This document shows positions 57,504 through 64,000 of a DNA stretch of 64,000 bases, in pieces. Below the pieces are notes generated by a model that worked only from the letters and a program-made list of their open reading frames with translations, had not been told where the DNA came from and did no database searches. A program made the position numbers and the translations under genes. The stretch is taken from NCBI GenBank assembly GCA_002269645.1, contig NIVC01000074.1, positions 62,001 through 126,000 on the forward strand. The letters run 5' to 3'. The first letter of the stretch is position 1; each line of letters starts with the position of its first letter. Source of the stretch: Macrostomum lignano. Its lineage: Eukaryota.

Positions 57504-58823
57504 CCCTATTGGAATAAGTTTTAAAAACCCGCGGACATGCAATATGAGTACCAAAATTGTGCCCTCAAAAGCACGACACAACAAAAGCGTTGACTAGGGG
57601 GGGGGCAATGCAATACCAATGTCTATTGACTAAATGACCAGGGGGGGGGGGAGAACACCATAGCAGCCACGTTGCACGTTGCCTAACTAGTCCCTATTGG
57701 AATAAATGTTGAAAACCCACAGACGCGCACTTTAGAAAAGAGTCAAACTATTTTACTGCTCTTTAGGATTATTAGAGATGTTCCTAAAGATCTGCAGTTT
57801 CGTCGAAATCAAAATTCGCTAACTTTCCAAAATCAAAATTAAAATTTCCCGAAATCATAATTCAGAAAAATAAAGTTTAGTATGATCAACACTCACTTTT
57901 TCACTTTCAATTTACTGCTTAAGCAAAAAGTAATACAGTTATATCTAGTAGAAATTAGTTTATTTTTAGCAACTTTTTAGACACTACCAAAATTTTCACT
58001 TCTAAATTTTTTTCAAAATTGAAATTTGCTCTAAAAAATTTCTAATTTTGGAAAATTGAAATTGAATTTTTGGAACATCTCTAAGCTTAATAAATTATGA
58101 GTGTATAAGCCCCTTCCACAGAGTTATTATACCCATTTCCTTATATATGTATTTGCTAAAGCAGCAGCCAGTAAGAAAGGGCAACGCGCGCGCAGGTGCT
58201 GCGCCTATGCGCGCACTGCACTTTAGAAAAATTCCAAAAGTGCGCCAGACACTGTCTGCAGTTTTAGAACTTTTTCCTATAGGGTAACTAGTCATCCTAA
58301 TTGTCCTCTGCCACTCACTCCCAAAACCAAGACCATGGGGTGAAGGACGAGAATATTCCTTTCAATTTCACAGAAAAGGAAATGAAATTTAAAAACAATA
58401 AAAAGTAAAACAACAAAGGTAAAGCAGCTTAAAAAACAGTGCACGCATTGTAACTAACAAGTAACATTTCTAAAAATTATATTTGAAGTATTAGTTACTT
58501 TACCATAAAAAAAACAATTCAATAACTTGTTATTATCAAACATGTTTAAAACATATAAATACCAAGAAACAACTGTGAACAGATTACAATTTACAATGAA
58601 ATGTAGTTTGCAAGGTTTTGGCTACAGATCCAGGCTGCAACACAACATATGCCAAGTTGCCACACTGTCACAATGTGCAACGCGATACATGACAACACCG
58701 GGTTGCCACAGTGTCGCGCGATGCGACACAATGCTAGACAGCACTGTCACGCAACGTGACACCAGGAGAATCTTAAAATGCTATGGACGGTTGTCCATGT
58801 TTTGTCAACTTATTCCAATAGGG
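57504..58823. mobile_element. Non-autonomous DNA transposon (1320 bp) with perfect 17-bp TIRs and an 8-bp TSD (hAT/P-like)
   Basis: CCCTATTGGAATAAGTT versus AACTTATTCCAATAGGG; flanks GAGCTATA / AAGCTATA. Confidence 0.75.
57772..58084. mobile_element. Nested MITE with 13-bp TIRs
   Basis: TTAGAGATGTTCC versus GGAACATCTCTAA; TSD degenerate. Confidence 0.55.
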
Positions 58824-59290
58824 AAGCTATAAGCTGACAAAAATGGGGTCTCATGGGGTCTAAATAAATGTATAGCAAACTAGAGTCAAGGGTACATCAG
58901 GAGAAAGTGGCTATAGGGGGCTTAAACAGCTTGGGACCAAGATGAGAAATGCCAGCCAATCACTAAGAGTATAGCATAGCAGACTGCAACTAGTAGCCAA
59001 TCAAAACTATAGGGGTAAGGCATGGCAGCTTGGCTTACAACAAAAATGGGAAGTTGTATGCAAATTATATAGGGGTTGAAAAAAAAATAGACAAGGGAGG
59101 CAGGGTATGCAAATGCAGGAATGAAAATGAGATAAGTCAAAAAACATTTGGGGGGAGAAAAGATAGCTAGATTAACTTGACATAAGAAAGTGCACTAATC
59201 TGCACAATCACTATCATATACTTATAACAATAGCTTTCTTGGGTATTTTAATTAGATATTGTCTTAAAATGCTTAATACTAAAAGCTTTT

Positions 59291-61252
59291 TGTTGTGTTT
59301 TATGCATTGATTCATCATTCAGCCGAAGGCTTTTATTAAAAGAGCATAGCTTAAGTGAAATATATATTTTGTTTATTAATATAAGTCAAGGCAAGCCTTT
59401 ATAGAGTCAGTCGGTAGCTGTTTGGGACATAGACAAAGTTAATGCTAGGGCAATGGCTAAAAATAAAAGTATGTTGGATTTGGATTGGTATATATGTCCC
59501 TTTCTAGGGAAAGAGAACTGCAACAGTAAAGCATTGGTGGTTATTGATTAGTGGGTTTGAATATGAATAGGTGAGCTTAGGGAGCTTGGTGCTTAACAAA
59601 GTTAATGGCAAATTCGTTAAAAGTTTAGGATTAATCTGCATCTATGCTATTCAGCAATTATGGCACAAATCAATCAGGGGCCTAACAATTTTGTGAGCTT
59701 CGGCGTGTTGGGTTGTTATTTGGTTGCTCTAGGGTATCCTGCTCATGGGTCGTTGGTACCTGCTCTTATCTAGCTATCATTTGCAGTGAGGGCTGTTGCC
59801 AACAACCTCCATGCAAGCTTTTATGCCTTTTATAGTAGGCAATGGCTTAACTAAGTGGGTATTGTTCTGGGGCACACATGTGGTGTGAAAGAGGCCCTCT
59901 GCATCCAATAGATTGCAGCCAAGCAAGCCATATGGTTTGTTCAAGTTGACCACAATGAGCTCTGCAGGGTGCAGATGACCTCGTAGTTCAACCATGGTTG
60001 CTAGCTTTCTGAGTGATTTCATCACGTGACTATTAAAGGCTTTTAGCTACCAAAAACACTTCTGCAGTGAGGGTTGACCCTGTCATTCCATTACAAACTA
60101 GAAAGCATGGAGATGGAGGTGCCTGTATTGATCTGTATGTTGATGGTCTTGCCATTGATAATAAGTGGCTCGATGGCTATGTTGACAGCTTAGACAGTTC
60201 CCATGTTGCTGAGATGCATAAGGGAAGTCTTCTCATGTGGCTCATTGTCTATTTCATGAGCTGATGGGTCAGTGACTTGGGGCAAATGCAGATGATAAGC
60301 AACATATGCTGGTGAAGTGATTTTTCTTACCACATTTCAAACAAAGCTTGCCAAAAGTCGGGCATTTTCCTTCCAAATGTGCTTTGCCGCAATAACAATA
60401 GTCCTTGATACCCCAATGTCCATTATGCCACTGCAAGTAATGCACAGAGGCTTTGTGTGTTTGGATCAAAGGAGCTGGCTGAGTCAAAAGCCGCCACCTA
60501 CTCTAGGTTGCAAATAAAGTCCACAATTTTGGGAACTAACTGGAATGATTTGATTTGAGTAGCCTCCAGAATGTGTTGTTGGTTTACATTGCTAAGCCCA
60601 GAAATTAGTGACATTTAGAACAATTCCTTGAGAGGACTGTTGGATATCTTCAAATCATCAAACTTACAATCCTTAGCGTCATGACAAAGTTGGCTAACAA
60701 AGTCAAAGATTGATTCATTTGGTGCTTGCTGCATGGCAAAGAAACAAATGCATTCAGCAATGACCAGCTTTTCCTTTGGCTTTAGGTATACTTGCATAGT
60801 AGTGTTGATTTCATCAAAGGTTAGGTTGGTCACAGATTTAGGGGCAATTATGCTTTGTATCTTCTCCAAGGCTATAAGCCCGCAGTGCACCAAAAATTGT
60901 CTGTGATGGTCTTCTTTCCAGCACTATCAGTCTAGTCTTTTGCTTGGGCCAGCACTTGAAAGGCAGTCATCCAGGTTTGAGCTCAATCGGGCTTTTCCTG
61001 TGGCAGTTCACCAAGCAACTGTGATACCATTGTTGTGTTTTATGCATTGATTCAGCATTGAGCCAAAGGCTTTTATTTAAAGAGTATAATGTACGTTTTG
61101 AATGAACATGAATGTATGTTTTGTTTAACGATATAAGTAAAGGCAAGCCTTCATAGAGTCAGTCAGTAGCTGTTTGGGACACAGACAAATAAGTTAATGC
61201 TAGGGCAATGACTGAAAATAAAAGTATGTTGGATTTGGATCAGTATACAACA
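59291..61252 (-). mobile_element. Old, internally deleted Ty3/gypsy LTR element (gag + protease remnant, no RT/IN)
   Basis: Diverged LTRs at 59291-~59495 and 61031-61252 (TG..CA); 5-bp TSD CTTTT; PBS TGGTATCA (tRNA-iMet type); purine tract AGAAAGGGA next to the 3' LTR; gag remnants KEKLVIAE..Q..ESIFDFV..DAKDCKF and CLKCGKKNHFTSIC. Confidence 0.85.
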
Positions 61253-62039
61253 CTTTTATCTAGAAAATAATCAAGAAATCAACCTTTATATACTAGCCAA
61301 TATGGCTAATATACTAGCCAATATGCTAGTATTGTGGTAGACCAAGGGTAATCACAAAATTGATTTCTCTTTATAAGTTAGGCATTATTTTATCAGTTTT
61401 ACTTCATTGAAAAAATTTATGAGGGCTGCTTCATAGAAAAAGACACTTCTAAGTTTGCTTTCGCCTTAGATTTTTTTGCAAATACCCTTACCTAATTAGA
61501 CTTCTCAACATAGTTTCTAGACAGATTGATGCATTTCTGCATCCTATGGAACCATGCTGCAAAATAGTCCCTCAATTCAACCTAAGTGACAGCTTCTAGC
61601 TCTGCTTTCAATGCCTCTTCAAGCTCCTTGCGCTAGTCAAAGCACTTTCCCTTGAGATTCTTCTTGATCTTTGAAAGAGAAAGAAGTCAGCTAGAGCAAG
61701 GTTGGGCAAGTAGGCTGGATATGGCAGCAGAGTCAGCTGAGTCAATGCTAGAAACTTCTGTGTCACCCTGGCTTGGTGAGCTAAGCATTGTCATGGTGCC
61801 TGAAAATGGCAGTCTCTGCTCTTTGGCCACTCTTGATAGAGGAACTCTAGCACCTAGGGCAAGCAGATACTTGAGTACTAATAACCAGTTAGTATGGCAC
61901 CTTCCTCAAGTAGAATGGGCAGCAGGATGCCAAACTGCCAGAAGAAGACTACTGTCTTGCCTTGCTATTTACTACCTTGCTTACACTTATCTCACATAAG
62001 AATTTGATTCCTATGTTCCTCTAAGGTATCCTCTTTGAT

Positions 62040-62430
62040 GGTAATCCTTTGTCTGCTCTGAGATTTTGTCTCTGGGTCATAAAAGTAAACCCAAGTTTCA
62101 TCTCCTATCAGAATATTGTCCACCAATTATGAAGCCTTTGCATCGAATTTGTTGGCATAAGGTTTGCAAACTTGACATGATCTTGCATTTGGGTTGAGTT
62201 CTAGTGATGGGGCAACCAGTGCAAACACTTTCCTCATGCCCAGATGATCCTGCAAGATGGAAATGGCACTTGAATCCAAAATCCCAATATGTTTCTTGAT
62301 TTCACAAACCATCACTTATTGATCTTCATCAAGCAGTCTTTAGACTCTGACCACTGTTGCATTCATTATGGCTGAATTCAGATGGCCTTTGCATTTGTCA
62401 TCATCCAGCTCCAGGCAGCCAGAATAAAAT
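62040..62430 (-). mobile_element. Degenerate mariner transposase remnant
   Basis: Minus-strand fragments ELDDDKCKGHL..EDQ*VMVCEI..ILQDHLGMRKV and GDETWVYFYDPETKSQS match mariner motifs (EDD.RSGRP, EDRR.TV.EI, HLG.RKV.ARWVP, GDETW.Y.YDPE.K.QS). Confidence 0.85.
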
Positions 62431-63446
62431 TGGCCAAACTAGTTTTACACCATCATCTAGAATGGGGCTTTCTTGGCCTAAGCCCAAGGCTTCTTGAAGC
62501 ATCTGCAAGCACTTGGAGGCAGATTGGCCAAGTCAAAGTTGGCCCATTTTGACTAAGCCAAAATCTATGTGATTTATTAGAGAAAAATAGCTCAATTGAT
62601 TTTCTTTAAACTTGCACTGTTTAATCAGAATTTTTTTACAAAAAAATATAAATAGTGGCTAGTGCTAAAATAATATGGGATAATATATATAAGCTAGAAG
62701 CACTCTATCATATCATAGATACCAGATACTAATAATAAGATAGACATCTTGAATACATCTTATAGAAAATAATCAAGAAATCAACCTTTATATATTAGCC
62801 AATATACAACTATAAAAGTATATATCACTTATTTATATAGTTTTAAGCTATTTAACTTAAATGCTATAGCCTACAGCTAAATTTGCACATTTTAGCACTG
62901 GGTTAGTTTACAAATACATTATGGATATACCAAAAACAAGTTATTTTTATCTATAAATCACATCAACAATAACTCACTTAACTAATGAACAGTAAATAGC
63001 CTATATATTTATTTTAAATTCTCAATAACAATTTTATTCCTTACTCACAATATAATATAGCATGAGTAACTCAAGCATAATTTTTGAAGAGTAACCATTA
63101 CTAGGTTAATGATTCAAACAGTTAAGAAATAAAACTAAAAAAACAGCAGTTAAGTTAATGAAGCTTCTCTTCATTCTTGCTATTGCATTACTAGTTTATT
63201 TTTAATGTATGGGAAGATGACCAAAGCATGTCTATAATCTACATATAGAAGTCATTGGATTATGATACTATTACTACTGCATGCTATAGTCTATAATGTT
63301 AATAAGCAAGTACTATAGTTTATTATTATAGCAGTTTCTGTGTGTGTTAACTGAGCTTTTTGATATCATTCTAACTGCTTTTTATTTCTACAATGCTTGG
63401 TCCCTATACCAAAGTTAAACAAAAACATCAACATTCAACATACTAA

Positions 63447-64000
63447 CTACAAGCTAGTGGTTTTCACAGTGGTTAGGGTCTCGCCCTGACTGCTTGGCTT
63501 GAGTGTTTCTACCTCCTCTGTGGAAGCCTTTGGCAACCTTACACGTTTCCGTCCCTGGTGCCACACGCCAGCCAGTCTGAAAAGCAATTCTAAGAATTCA
63601 AATGTACTTATTAGTGACACGCCTAGCCACAGTCCAAGAATGCCACCAATGTCTGAGAACAGATTCCTAGCTGGATAGGCCCAGTTCTCAACTACTATAT
63701 TGCCCATAGTTGAGTGGCTGTAGATGTTTAGCTTGAGAAAGCTGTGAATTCCATTGCTAGGCTGTTTAATGAGTAGTTGGCGCATTTCCATTAGTACACT
63801 GTCGTCCAGAGCGTCTTGTCGAGCCAGAGTAGCCGTCTCTTCAACCGACTTTAACAGAGCCAGTGTTGCTTCGCCGAAGTCGCTTGGCCAACTGTTTTGA
63901 GTTAGTCGCATCTCGTATTGCAAGTTTGTGCAACTAATCGAGCAGTTGGCTCGGTCAGCAGCTGTCAGGCTGTGTATTGTGCGCACAGCCCTATCGTGAC
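63447..64000 (-). CDS. C-terminal part of a DEG/ENaC (degenerin/ASIC-like) ion channel; 5'-partial, continues beyond the window
   Basis: CSISC..LQYEMRLTQNSWPS..LKLNIY..VVENWAYPARNLFSDIGGILGLWLGVSLISTFEFLELLF is the pre-TM2/TM2 signature of the family; stop at 63447. Confidence 0.9.
   Translation of the reverse strand, partial: HDRAVRTIHSLTAADRANCSISCTNLQYEMRLTQNSWPSDFGEATLALLKSVEETATLARQDALDDSVLMEMRQLLIKQPSNGIHSFLKLNIYSHSTMGNIVVENWAYPARNLFSDIGGILGLWLGVSLISTFEFLELLFRLAGVWHQGRKRVRLPKASTEEVETLKPSSQGETLTTVKTTSL

Noticed and set aside
61255-62810. ~45-bp direct repeat (AGAAAATAATCAAGAAATCAACCTTTATATA) at ~61262 and ~62764 as LTRs
   Set aside because: Too short, no TG..CA ends, PBS or PPT; likely a dispersed repeat fragment

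Overview
Eukaryotic (invertebrate animal) genomic DNA with spliceosomal GT-AG introns; no prokaryotic features. GC- and CpG-rich exons with minisatellite-filled introns suggest a Macrostomum-like free-living flatworm (inference only). In order: (1) the 3' end of an ADAMTS9/20/GON-1-like gene (TSP1 repeats + GON domain, 1-3005, +). (2) Three divergent paralogous genes (4412->9006+ on +, 16035->11114 on -, 20242->42614 on +) encoding signal peptide + CAP/SCP domain + Cys-rich hinge + 1-2 EGF-like modules + a shared unrecognised ~150-aa domain, two of them ending in a GPI-type hydrophobic tail. Almost every intron holds its own tandem repeat, and the third gene has an 18.2-kb first intron made of a 23-bp satellite with an almost intact Ty3/gypsy element (identical LTRs) inserted. 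(3) A Penelope-like element with inverted pseudo-LTRs carrying two minimal hammerhead ribozymes and a nested Tc1 deletion derivative. (4) An MTMR10/11/12-type pseudophosphatase gene (-). (5) An AT-rich, CpG-poor stretch of old transposons showing a CpG-to-TpG decay signature. (6) The last coding segment of a DEG/ENaC channel gene (-). Gene models were built by hand from splice sites, intron phase and motif recognition; no database searches were run.
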